DNA of 64,000 nucleotides from Alphaproteobacteria bacterium (GCA_009784235.1 WRCC01000003.1:328-64327); one strand, 5' to 3'. Positions 9,366-17,921 are shown, counted from the stretch's first letter. Program-made: numbers and translations. The notes: a model not told the origin generated them from the sequence alone.

Positions 9366-9406
9366 CCAATATTGCATTAAACAAAATAATCCTTTAAACT
9401 TTTTGT

Positions 9407-11581
9407 ATGTTCCAACCTGGTGATACTGTTTGCGTGTTGATTCCGAATGCTGGTGGCGGCAATGGTTATGATTATCGTCTGACCACGGCGGCGGAATGCG
9501 GCCAATTCGTTCGTGTAACCGTTATGAACCGCCCGTACGTTGGCGTAATCATCGGCCCGGGTACATCCAACCTGGCCCCAGAAAAAATCAAACCAGTTTT
9601 GGAAATTTTGGATTATAAATTATCATCCAGTGATTTGATATGGATAAAAAAAATGTCCGAATGGACAATGATGCCGATGGGCGCAGTGTTAAAATTAATT
9701 ATAAATATTCCAGACGCATTCAATCCGCCCAAAACCGAACCATTATATATTTATACGCCCGACCCAAAATCACGAATGACCGCCGGGCGTCAATCAGTCG
9801 CGGATGCATTCGCTGAAAATCCGGGCGAAGCACTGTCCGCGAATGATATTTCCCAAATCGCCCGCGTATCCGATACCATCGTTCGAACGATGATAAAAAA
9901 TGGGATTTTGAAATTACATGATAAAAAAATCATAAATCATAAATCCGAAATCATAAATTATTTCGACACCGGCAATATCAAATTAAATACCGAACAGCAA
10001 TCCGCCGCTGACCAGATTTCAGCTCTCAGTTCTCAGTTCTCAGTTCACCTGTTGGATGGTATAACGGGCAGCGGAAAAACCCAAGTCTATTTCGATGCCG
10101 CAATGCGAGTCTATGAATCCGGGAAATCCGTCCTGCTGATGATGCCGGAAATCGCATTGACCGCACAATTCCGCGGCCGATTTACCGACCGATTTGGCGC
10201 GCCGCCAATCGTATGGCATTCGAATCTGACCGCCGCGCGTCGGCGCAAAATATGGCGCGGCGTCGCATCTGGCGACATACGAATTATCGTTGGAACGCGC
10301 AGCGCATTGTTTTTACCATGGCGCGATTTGGGATTGATTGTCGTCGATGAAGAACATGACACTTCGTACAAACAGGAAGATATGGGAAATTATCACGCGC
10401 GCGATATGGCGATTTTGCGCGCTCATGTGCAAGATTTTCCGGTCATCTTGGCATCCGCGACACCGTCGGCTGAAACGGTTAAAAAAGTTGCCGACGGCGC
10501 ATATCGGGCCAGCCGCCTTACCTCTCGTTTTGGCGGCGCCACCCTGCCCCGCATCGAAACCATCGATATGCGCGTCCGCGAAAATAGATGTGACGATTCG
10601 CTTTCTGTACCGACGGCAAATGCGATTACGGAAACGCTGACCATGGGCCAGCAAGCCATGCTGTTCATAAACCGCCGCGGATTTGCACCGATTACACAGT
10701 GTAAATCTTGCGGATGGGTCGCCGAATGTCCGGATTGTTCCACCGGCATGACACATCATAAAAAAATCGGAAAATTGTTGTGCCATATATGCGGCCGCAC
10801 TGCACCGGCAACTCACGATTGCCCGGAATGTAATTCTGGCGAATTATCATCATCCGGCGCAGGTGTTGAAAAAATAGAATCCGAAGTTCGTGCGCGATGG
10901 CCAAACGCACGCACAGCAATCGTGTCATCTGATACAATGCAGTCGCGACAATCGTTGGAAAGATTGGTCGCACAGATGGAATCCGGCGAAATCGACATCA
11001 TAATCGGCACGCAAATTTTGGCAAAGGGGCATCATTTTCCGAACCTGACGCTGGTCGGTGTAATTGATGCGGACATGGGATTGTTCGGCACGGATTTCCG
11101 TGCGGCTGAAAAAACTTTCCAGCAATTATTCCAAGTCGCGGGCCGCGCCGGCCGCGGCCAGCATCCCGGCCGCGTGTTACTGCAAACCTACCAATCCGAA
11201 CATCCGGTATTTCGTGCGATTGTCGCGGGCGACCGGGATGCAGCGATGAATATGGATTTGTCCGCGCGTGAAAAAGCAATGATGCCGCCGTACGGCCAGC
11301 TGATTGCAATTATTGTCGAAGGGAAAAAAGAATCAGAGTTGCAAAAATTCTGCACCGACTTGGCCGCATCCGCACCGAAAATTATGGGTGGTGGCGGAAA
11401 AATAATGGGCCCAATTCCAGCACAAATTTATCAGATAAGAAATTGGTATCGAATGCGGTTTTTGGTCGCCGGTCCCGCACGCGCAAGACTGCAACCCGTT
11501 GTTGAATCATGGGTTTCAAAAATAAAAATTCCTGCAAACATCAAAATTAAAATCGATGTAAATCCACAGAATTTTATTTAA
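9407..11581 (+). CDS. priA: Primosomal protein N' (replication restart helicase PriA)
   Basis: Walker A GITGSGKT, DEEHD box, Cys-rich zinc region C..C...ECPDCS....H......LCHICG......CPEC, and C-terminal helicase motifs IGTQILAKGHHFPN and QVAGRAGR. Confidence 0.93.
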   Translation: MFQPGDTVCVLIPNAGGGNGYDYRLTTAAECGQFVRVTVMNRPYVGVIIGPGTSNLAPEKIKPVLEILDYKLSSSDLIWIKKMSEWTMMPMGAVLKLIINIPDAFNPPKTEPLYIYTPDPKSRMTAGRQSVADAFAENPGEALSANDISQIARVSDTIVRTMIKNGILKLHDKKIINHKSEIINYFDTGNIKLNTEQQSAADQISALSSQFSVHLLDGITGSGKTQVYFDAAMRVYESGKSVLLMMPEIALTAQFRGRFTDRFGAPPIVWHSNLTAARRRKIWRGVASGDIRIIVGTRSALFLPWRDLGLIVVDEEHDTSYKQEDMGNYHARDMAILRAHVQDFPVILASATPSAETVKKVADGAYRASRLTSRFGGATLPRIETIDMRVRENRCDDSLSVPTANAITETLTMGQQAMLFINRRGFAPITQCKSCGWVAECPDCSTGMTHHKKIGKLLCHICGRTAPATHDCPECNSGELSSSGAGVEKIESEVRARWPNARTAIVSSDTMQSRQSLERLVAQMESGEIDIIIGTQILAKGHHFPNLTLVGVIDADMGLFGTDFRAAEKTFQQLFQVAGRAGRGQHPGRVLLQTYQSEHPVFRAIVAGDRDAAMNMDLSAREKAMMPPYGQLIAIIVEGKKESELQKFCTDLAASAPKIMGGGGKIMGPIPAQIYQIRNWYRMRFLVAGPARARLQPVVESWVSKIKIPANIKIKIDVNPQNFI
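9927..9961 (+). repeat. 35-bp five-heptad element (AAATCAT)n, copy in priA
   Basis: AAATCAT AAATCAT AAATCCG AAATCAT AAATTAT. Translated in frame as ..IINHKSEIINY.. Confidence 0.8.
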
Positions 11582-12896
11582 GCAAATCCCCTGCTTTAAT
11601 ATATTCCGGCGAATCTTTGGGCAATTTGCGTTGCGCACGTCGGGCGAATTCACGTGACTTTTTATCTTGGCGTGTAACTGCATAATATTCTGCCATTGCC
11701 CAATCGGCCACGCCGGCATTTCCACGAACATTTTCTGCGCGCGACAAAACCCAGAACGCCAGCGGCAGACGCGATTCCAATAATGCACGCTTTGCCGCCT
11801 CGACCGAGCGGTCCGCATCACCCGGCTTATTGCGTTCAATTAATGCCAACCCGATTGCCGTTTGAATCTGTGCCATGTTGCAAAAGCGGTTACAAATCGG
11901 TCGCAATAATTCCAAAGATTTTTCATACGCAGCAATTGAATCATCATAACGCCCAGATTGATATTCTATATCGCCCAGCAATTCATAAAAGAATGGATTT
12001 TCGGGCAAACGCTTTATCAGTGTCAGCGTTCCCGTTTTTGCAGATTCCAAATTACCGATGCGCATTGCTGCAATTGCGCGTGCATACAGCGCTGGATTCG
12101 ATGTATCTTTTTGCGGATAAATTGCAATGACTGTCGCGGATGGCGATAAATATCCAATTATTTTTGCGCGTATCATTGCGTATTCATTGACCAATTTTTT
12201 ACGCGATGTGGTGGCCGCTTTTTTATCGTAACTGGCGCCCGCAATTTTTTCGCGCGCGTTTTTAATACGTTCGTCCGTGAATGGATGCCGCGCGTTGTTT
12301 GGATTTGCGCGCGATTCCATCGCCGACATCATATCGTTCATTTGTTTTATGACTAACAAAAAGCCTTCTGGGTCTAGCCCTGCCTTTAGCATCAGATCAA
12401 TACCCAGCGCGTCTGCCATGCGTTCTTCATCCCGACTGAACGCCAATAGTGATTGCCGCGACATGCCGCCTGCACCGGCAACAACACCCATGCCCGCCAT
12501 CGGATTCGCCGCAACCAATGCAATGCCCAATGCTTGGACAATCAGCGACCGTTTCATTTCCGCCGCCATCCGCACCGACATTTGCGCGATATGCCCGCCA
12601 ACCATGTGCCCCATTTCGTGCGCGATAACGGCTTGGAACGCATGCGGCGATTCCACGCGTGCGATGAGTCCGGTGTTCACAAATACGTCTTCGCCACCGG
12701 CAACAAACGCATTAAAATCATCATCGCCGATGATGCGAATATGTAATCGCCCCTCGTCCATTCCGGCCGCCTGCGCCAGCGGGTTCACCAGTTCATACAA
12801 TACAGACTCTATTTCAGTATCGCGAATTTCAGTCATACCAAACATGGCATGTGGCATAAAAAGCAAAACAAAAAATAATGCAAATATTTTTTTCAC
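11574..12896 (-). CDS. M48-family periplasmic metalloprotease with TPR region (BepA-like)
   Basis: Signal peptide MKKIFALFFVLLFMPHAMF, HEMGHMVGGH zinc motif, and a C-terminal TPR-like helical repeat region. Confidence 0.85.
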   Translation of the reverse strand: MKKIFALFFVLLFMPHAMFGMTEIRDTEIESVLYELVNPLAQAAGMDEGRLHIRIIGDDDFNAFVAGGEDVFVNTGLIARVESPHAFQAVIAHEMGHMVGGHIAQMSVRMAAEMKRSLIVQALGIALVAANPMAGMGVVAGAGGMSRQSLLAFSRDEERMADALGIDLMLKAGLDPEGFLLVIKQMNDMMSAMESRANPNNARHPFTDERIKNAREKIAGASYDKKAATTSRKKLVNEYAMIRAKIIGYLSPSATVIAIYPQKDTSNPALYARAIAAMRIGNLESAKTGTLTLIKRLPENPFFYELLGDIEYQSGRYDDSIAAYEKSLELLRPICNRFCNMAQIQTAIGLALIERNKPGDADRSVEAAKRALLESRLPLAFWVLSRAENVRGNAGVADWAMAEYYAVTRQDKKSREFARRAQRKLPKDSPEYIKAGDLLK

Positions 12897-13020
12897 AATG
12901 TGATTATAAATTAAAAGTTAATAATTAAAAATCAAAAAATTGCACGATGCGCCCCTTAGACGATACATTATTTTTTTGCAAATTCCACCAGATTTCTGTC
13001 CTAGGCAAAGGTTCTTACAG

Positions 13021-13075
13021 CTATTCCTAGGAATAGTTTTATATTATGGAATCATAATCCTACACACAGGATTAT
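13021..13075 (+). promoter_or_regulatory. Two perfect palindromes upstream of the HTH gene (candidate operators)
   Basis: CTATTCCTAGGAATAG (13021-13036) and ATAATCCT-ACACAC-AGGATTAT (13054-13075), just before the AGGAGAG SD and the ATG at 13093. Confidence 0.35.
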
Positions 13076-13092
13076 AAACACAGGAGAGAGAA

Positions 13093-13332
13093 ATGACCCA
13101 TGACGACATATGGTTTGCCATAGAACAATTTGCGATGAACAACAAATTGTCCTGTTCGGGTCTTGCTAAATCCGGCGGTTTGGACCCGACTACTTTCAAC
13201 AAGAGTAAGCGTTGGTCCAAAGCCGGACAACCCAGATGGCCATCGACACAATCGTTGGCACGGGTGCTTGCCGCGACGGGTTCCAATTTTACGGAATTCG
13301 TCCAACTGCTGCCATCCGAACACAAAGATTGA
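13093..13332 (+). CDS. Small helix-turn-helix DNA-binding protein (phage-repressor-like N-terminal domain only)
   Basis: 79 aa. The segment LSCSGLAKSGGLDPTTFNKSKR...WPSTQSLARVL resembles the HTH part of alphaproteobacterial cI/S24-type repressors. No peptidase domain is present. Confidence 0.55.
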   Translation: MTHDDIWFAIEQFAMNNKLSCSGLAKSGGLDPTTFNKSKRWSKAGQPRWPSTQSLARVLAATGSNFTEFVQLLPSEHKD

Positions 13333-13371
13333 TGCCGCGCTGCTGGAAAAGTCTGATATAAAAGCAAACAG

Positions 13372-13396
13372 AATCCCGCCACTGCGGGATTTTTTT
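13372..13396. terminator. Bidirectional terminator between the HTH gene and rnc
   Basis: AATCCCGC-CACT-GCGGGATT followed by a T-run. Confidence 0.65.
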
Positions 13397-14024
13397 ATTG
13401 TAAAATCTCTAACAAATTCTTTGCCGCATCCGCGGTGGCGGATTTTTTTGATACGCCCGTGCCAGTGGCGGATTTTCCAACTGCGGTAACGCGAACATTG
13501 AAAACCGGACTGTGCGTTGGGCCCGCACCGTCCAAAAATTCATATTCGGGTAAATCGCCATCGCCGAAATGTTGCGCCAATTCTTGCAGCGCGGTCTTTG
13601 GGTCTTTTGGTGCGACCAAATCTGCGGCGGCCAGCGGATTCCAAATTTCAGCAATGACTTTGTATGCCGCATCCCATCCACCATCAATGAATATCGCACC
13701 CAATGTCGATTCCATTGCATCGGCCATGATATGTTTCAATCGGCCGCCGGTCATGTGTCCGCGTTTGATTTTTTTATCAAATCCAAATTCTGCCGCGACA
13801 TTCGACAAAGTATTCGACGATACCAGCATGGCATGACGACGCGCCAATTCACCCTCTGTTTCACCGGGAAACATTTTATACAATAAATCCGCAACAACCA
13901 GGCCAAGGACACGGTCACCCAAGAATTCCAAACGTTCGTTATTATTTACTGCATCCGCGCCAGACTGTGTCAGCGCCAACGATAATAATTTTTCATCATT
14001 AAATTTATAATTTATTTTTTTCAT
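13395..14024 (-). CDS. rnc: Ribonuclease III
   Basis: ERLEFLGDRVL signature, ...DAMESTLGAIFIDGG, and a C-terminal dsRBD (KDPKTALQE......P.Y......GP.H...F). Confidence 0.93.
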   Translation of the reverse strand: MKKINYKFNDEKLLSLALTQSGADAVNNNERLEFLGDRVLGLVVADLLYKMFPGETEGELARRHAMLVSSNTLSNVAAEFGFDKKIKRGHMTGGRLKHIMADAMESTLGAIFIDGGWDAAYKVIAEIWNPLAAADLVAPKDPKTALQELAQHFGDGDLPEYEFLDGAGPTHSPVFNVRVTAVGKSATGTGVSKKSATADAAKNLLEILQ

Positions 14025-14158
14025 ACTGTTTTCTCTTTCGAGAAATTAATTATAATGGAGCAGATAGAAGCAAAAATTGATTTTTTGCGATGGGAGTGTA
14101 CATGAAGTACATGACCGGAGCAAAAAATCAATTTATCGCGATTAGATGCCCATTATAA

Positions 14159-15052
14159 TTAATTTATCCCAAGTCCGAAACGCGACCAACGCATCTTATC
14201 CAACCAATTCCAAACCATTATCATCGGTGCGTAATAATTATGCGAATACCATACGAACCAGACACGACCCAATAAATTATCACGCGGAACAAATCCGACA
14301 TCCGGACTGCGCGAATCACGCGAATTATCGCGATTATCACCCATCATAAAATAGTGTCCATCCGGCACATGGAATACGGTCGTATTATCGTATTCTGCGG
14401 TATCGGTGATTTCGACAATATTGTGGCTGCGACCATTCGGCAAAGTTTCCGTCCATTCGGTTGCGAACATCGGCGTGCATTCCCACGGTGCTTGGCGACA
14501 TATCCAATCCGGACGATATTCAACGGTATAATTAAATGTCGCCGGGGCATTATCAATCCAAATTCGGCCGCCGCGGATAAGCATTATGCGACCACTGTCA
14601 TCAATATTTTGAAATCCAGCATTCCGCAAAGACCGCGGAAGATTCGCAATCACATACGGCCGCGGATTGCTGCGTTCAACAATATGCCCATTAATATATA
14701 AACGTCCGCCCAGCATCTGAATCGCATCACCCGGCACGCCAATCAGGCGTTTTACATAATCGATGGAATCGTTTGGTTTTCTGAATACAATCACATCACC
14801 AACAACGGGTTCACGTGCCATAACCCGGCCTGACCATAAATTCCAAGAACCGAACGGAAATGAATTTCGCGAATAACCATAAGACCATTTCGTAACAAAC
14901 AAATGGTCGCCGACATGCAGCGTCGGAATCATCGAACCGCTGGGGATATTAAAAGGTTCCAACAAAAGACTGCGAAATATAATCGCAATCAAACCGGCCC
15001 AAAATAAAGTTTTAATCCATTCGCGGATTGTGTCGGAGTGTTTTTTTTGCAT
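14159..15052 (-). CDS. lepB: Signal peptidase I
   Basis: PSGSMIPTL (catalytic Ser box), VKRLIGVPGD, GDNRDNSRDSR. ATG at 15052 (MQKKHSD..) precedes the TM segment. The longer ORF to 15142 overlaps the upstream gene. Confidence 0.9.
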   Translation of the reverse strand: MQKKHSDTIREWIKTLFWAGLIAIIFRSLLLEPFNIPSGSMIPTLHVGDHLFVTKWSYGYSRNSFPFGSWNLWSGRVMAREPVVGDVIVFRKPNDSIDYVKRLIGVPGDAIQMLGGRLYINGHIVERSNPRPYVIANLPRSLRNAGFQNIDDSGRIMLIRGGRIWIDNAPATFNYTVEYRPDWICRQAPWECTPMFATEWTETLPNGRSHNIVEITDTAEYDNTTVFHVPDGHYFMMGDNRDNSRDSRSPDVGFVPRDNLLGRVWFVWYSHNYYAPMIMVWNWLDKMRWSRFGLGIN

Positions 15053-15111
15053 GATATTCCCTTTGGCATACCGCGGTATTATAATCTTTGAAATATTAAA
15101 AGCAATGTTTT

Positions 15112-15516
15112 TTACTTTTGTTTTTCCTTGATTTTCGACCAAATTTTTTCAAATTCTTTATTTCGGGCAAGTCCGCGCAAATGCGGATATTTTGTAAATA
15201 TTGGGTCAGTGTCCCACAACATTGTCACAGATTTGCCCGCGCTGCGTTCCAATTTCGCCACGTCGCGTTTATTCCGCGCGTAATATTCATCCCCGCCCAA
15301 CACATGCAGCACAGTATCAAAATCCATCGGCGCAAATATTTCCATCAGCGCCCAATCCGCAATCTGTTCGCGCCCATCCGCACCAATTGTAATCCAGCCG
15401 GCATGCGCACGCGACCCGCGCATCATCAACATCCATGACCACAAAGTACGCGAAGTATCATGCGCATACGCCCATAAAATCATATAGCAAAAACAAGCAT
15501 GGCGGAATTTTTTCAT
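15112..15516 (-). CDS. Hypothetical protein (134 aa)
   Basis: ORF upstream of lepB on the same strand. No motif recognised. Confidence 0.4.
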   Translation of the reverse strand: MKKFRHACFCYMILWAYAHDTSRTLWSWMLMMRGSRAHAGWITIGADGREQIADWALMEIFAPMDFDTVLHVLGGDEYYARNKRDVAKLERSAGKSVTMLWDTDPIFTKYPHLRGLARNKEFEKIWSKIKEKQK

Positions 15517-15554
15517 GGGGAAAGGTTAGCAAAAAAGTCTGTCACCCGCAAGGA

Positions 15555-15580
15555 CAAGAAAAAACCGCCCGAATGGGCGG
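15555..15580 (-). terminator. Intrinsic terminator 3' of the orphan tRNA fragment
   Basis: The minus strand reads CCGCCC-ATTC-GGGCGG followed by TTTTTTCTT. Confidence 0.6.
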
Positions 15581-15590
15581 CTTGAATTTC

Positions 15591-15614
15591 TGGTCGGAGT
15601 GGCGGGATTCGAAC
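15591..15614 (-). pseudogene. Orphan tRNA 3' fragment (T-loop + acceptor 3' strand + CCA)
   Basis: The minus strand reads GTTCGAATCCCGCCACTCCGACCA. A G72/A73 end is typical of bacterial tRNA-Pro. Upstream sequence cannot form the T-stem or the other arms. Confidence 0.6.
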
Positions 15615-15741
15615 TTACGACTCTTTTGCTCAAAACGCAGCCTTTTCGCACGTGCGGGCAAGTTTTTTGGGCTTTGTAGCGATATTTTCAGGCACTATCT
15701 AGTATTTGACTTATTGTGCAAGATTAAATAGAATTGGAAGT

Positions 15742-16140
15742 ATGAAAAATGTGTTTGTTGTTTTTATTGCGATATTAGCATTTTGCGGATACGCTGTTGG
15801 GCAAGAACCTGTTCCTGAACAAAAATTATCGGGCTTGGTGTTAAAAACGGAAAAATTCATAATTCAGGTAGAGTCTTTAAACCGAGACAGCTATATATAT
15901 AGATCTTGGAATATTGATAATTGTTGCGTAACGCCCGATTTAGAATTAAAAAACGGAAAAGTCATTCATGACGGTTCTGGCGGAAATAGGCGTTTCAACT
16001 TTGAAAATGGGGAATATTCGTATGTTATAAACTATGTATACCTTGGAGGGGATGAAAATGTCACCCATAGGCTTACTGTTTATAAAAATGAAAAAGAAAT
16101 TTTAAACCAGCCAGCAGAAATAATTCGCTGGCTGGATTGA
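15742..16140 (+). CDS. Small exported hypothetical protein
   Basis: MKNVFVVFIAILAFCGYAVG signal peptide after a GGAAG SD. AT-rich. No motif recognised. Confidence 0.5.
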   Translation: MKNVFVVFIAILAFCGYAVGQEPVPEQKLSGLVLKTEKFIIQVESLNRDSYIYRSWNIDNCCVTPDLELKNGKVIHDGSGGNRRFNFENGEYSYVINYVYLGGDENVTHRLTVYKNEKEILNQPAEIIRWLD

Positions 16141-16153
16141 AAGCGCATAACTC

Positions 16154-17401
16154 CTAGTCGTTAGCAATAAAAAGATTCCATTCGTCATTTCTGCGATTTA
16201 TCAGTCCGTTCGATACTTTTCCTTGTGTCTTATTCCATGCTTTCCATGCAGACTCTGGGGTTGGATATGCATTGCTTTTAAAGTTCGGATTATTCACATA
16301 TTGTCGTATTGTAGACTCTTTTAAGCCGCCCGCGCCAATATTGTATGTTAGTGACACCAAGGCATCGAACTTATTCTGACTGATAGGAACATCTATATAA
16401 TTTCTAACAGCATTTTCAGCGGCACGAACATCTTGGTGAAATAAATCCATAGCTTCTTTCTCGGTCAAGCCTTTGCTGAAATCTTCCCCTGGTTTTATAA
16501 GGTGTCCATAGCCGATTGTTGCGCCAGGGGGCAATGGTTGACCTTCTGGCACAGGTTTCCCTGTAGCGTCATCGTATATCACATGTCTACCATCAACCAT
16601 TACTTTATTTTCATATCCCTTTAAAAATTCCATTCCTTTTTCGCTAAGCTGCATTTCGCGTACCTTTTCTTTTTCCTTCAGTTCTTTATACTTTTGCTGT
16701 TTTTTCGCGCTGGGCTTGCCGTATTTTTTCTTGTATTCAGAGCCAGGCATTCTAATCGCTTCGCAATTGCAATTGGGATGCGGCTTTGGAACATGATCAT
16801 CGTCAAGAATCGTTCCATCCATTTCTTCACAAACTTCACACGGATTATCACCATTGCAAGACCACACGTAGTAGAATTTTTCCGGATCTGGGTCTGGGAT
16901 TGGGTCGTCTCCATCTTCATCTGGTTCTATAATTTCAATATCGAAAATTTCTAAATTCCTTAAATCTATTATCTCGTTTTCTTCATCTAACAGAACTCTG
17001 ACCGGTATGATTTCGGATATAAAAACTCGGATTTCTACTTCTGGTTTATCTTTATCCTTTGCGTATGATTCACTATCCGCATCGCCACCTTCGCCGTCTC
17101 CACCATCTTCTGATTCCTCTTCATCATTGTCATCATCATCTTCCAACGAACGTCTAATTTCAGCAATCCGTTCTTCTAATTCTTCTTGAATTTTTCGCTG
17201 TAACTCCTCAAATTGTTCCAAAGTCATATCATAATCTGGCCCTTTCATCTTGCCAGTTGCGTCGAATTCCATGCTGCCGGGATAGAACATCTGTAAGTAT
17301 TCCGTCACTTTCTCATTAGTTTGTGCAAAATCTGGATTGCTTCTATTTGTGTAGGCATTTGATTGCATCATCTTTCTTAAAAATTTTGGTGTCTTCATCA
17401 T
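16154..17401 (-). CDS. Fusion protein: acidic N-terminal region + phage MuF/SPP1-gp7-type C-terminal motif + GH24 (T4-type) lysozyme domain
   Basis: YYVWSCNGDNPCEVCEEMDG.......PKPHPNCNCE matches the MuF-domain end motif. The C-terminus (FLKGYENKV...YDDATG...TIGYGHL......LTEKEAMDLFHQDV..A........F.ALVSLTYNIG) matches the T4-lysozyme fold pattern, including the catalytic E and D positions. Confidence 0.8.
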   Translation of the reverse strand: MMKTPKFLRKMMQSNAYTNRSNPDFAQTNEKVTEYLQMFYPGSMEFDATGKMKGPDYDMTLEQFEELQRKIQEELEERIAEIRRSLEDDDDNDEEESEDGGDGEGGDADSESYAKDKDKPEVEIRVFISEIIPVRVLLDEENEIIDLRNLEIFDIEIIEPDEDGDDPIPDPDPEKFYYVWSCNGDNPCEVCEEMDGTILDDDHVPKPHPNCNCEAIRMPGSEYKKKYGKPSAKKQQKYKELKEKEKVREMQLSEKGMEFLKGYENKVMVDGRHVIYDDATGKPVPEGQPLPPGATIGYGHLIKPGEDFSKGLTEKEAMDLFHQDVRAAENAVRNYIDVPISQNKFDALVSLTYNIGAGGLKESTIRQYVNNPNFKSNAYPTPESAWKAWNKTQGKVSNGLINRRNDEWNLFIAND

Positions 17402-17737
17402 TGGTTATCCTTTTATATTAAATAAAAAAAAAGCCCCAGCGAAGGCCAGGGCGAAATAAAAAACAGCGGAAAAATCCGTTTTTGCTTATGTTTTTATTAT
17501 ATCAGAAAATACCAAAAAAATCAATACAAATCTGGCGTCCGACCAGAAGTTTTGCTAACCGCTGGACTTCTTGCACCTGCTGAAAATGCCCCCACAAAGC
17601 CCGATTTTTGCGACCTGTGACTGAGTGAAAATGGGCATTGTATAGAAAGCGGTATAAGTGCTGCCAAATGAGCCATATTTACAGCTATACCACAGTCACA
17701 CATAACGCCAAAGCCCCGCAGAACGCGGGGCTTACAG

Positions 17738-17764
17738 GATAAAAATGGCGGTAAAAACCGCCAT
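17738..17764 (-). terminator. Intrinsic terminator after tRNA-Pro
   Basis: The minus strand reads ATGGCGG-TTTTTA-CCGCCAT followed by TTTTT. Confidence 0.65.
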
Positions 17765-17775
17765 ACATAAATCAC

Positions 17776-17852
17776 TGGTCGGGGTGAAAGGGTTCGAACC
17801 TTCGACCTCTACGTCCCGAACGTAGCACTCTACCAGGCTGAGCTACACCCCG
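17776..17852 (-). tRNA. tRNA-Pro (anticodon CGG)
   Basis: Reverse complement: CGGGGTG TA GCTC AGCCTGGTA GAGT G CTACG TTCGGGA CGTAG AGGTC GAAGG TTCGAAC CCTTT CACCCCG A CCA. Full cloverleaf, C1-G72, 77 nt. Confidence 0.9.
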
Positions 17853-17921
17853 ATTTGTCACCCAAAGCCTTGGCGACGGGTGATGCGGCCGATTATGCAA
17901 TGAGATGTGGCGAATTGCAAG

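Noticed and set aside
9187-9384. 65-aa and 74-aa ORFs across repeat copy 2 (and 4847-5077 and 5029-5313 across copy 1)
   Set aside because: The reading frames are generated by the palindromic repeat itself (PLLWRG.., SKGGEL..) and have no independent coding evidence.
15591-15670. Possible functional tRNA or acceptor piece of a two-piece (permuted) alphaproteobacterial tmRNA
   Set aside because: Only the T-loop, acceptor 3' strand and CCA are present, and the 5' T-stem partner (GTAAG vs CCCGC) cannot pair. Position 70 is C, so no G3:U70 alanine identity pair is possible. I found no tag-like reading frame ending in (L/V)AA nearby.
17521-17775. 84-aa minus-strand ORF next to tRNA-Pro
   Set aside because: It runs through the tRNA terminator and GC hairpin. 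It has no SD, an odd composition and no motif. It is treated as non-coding.
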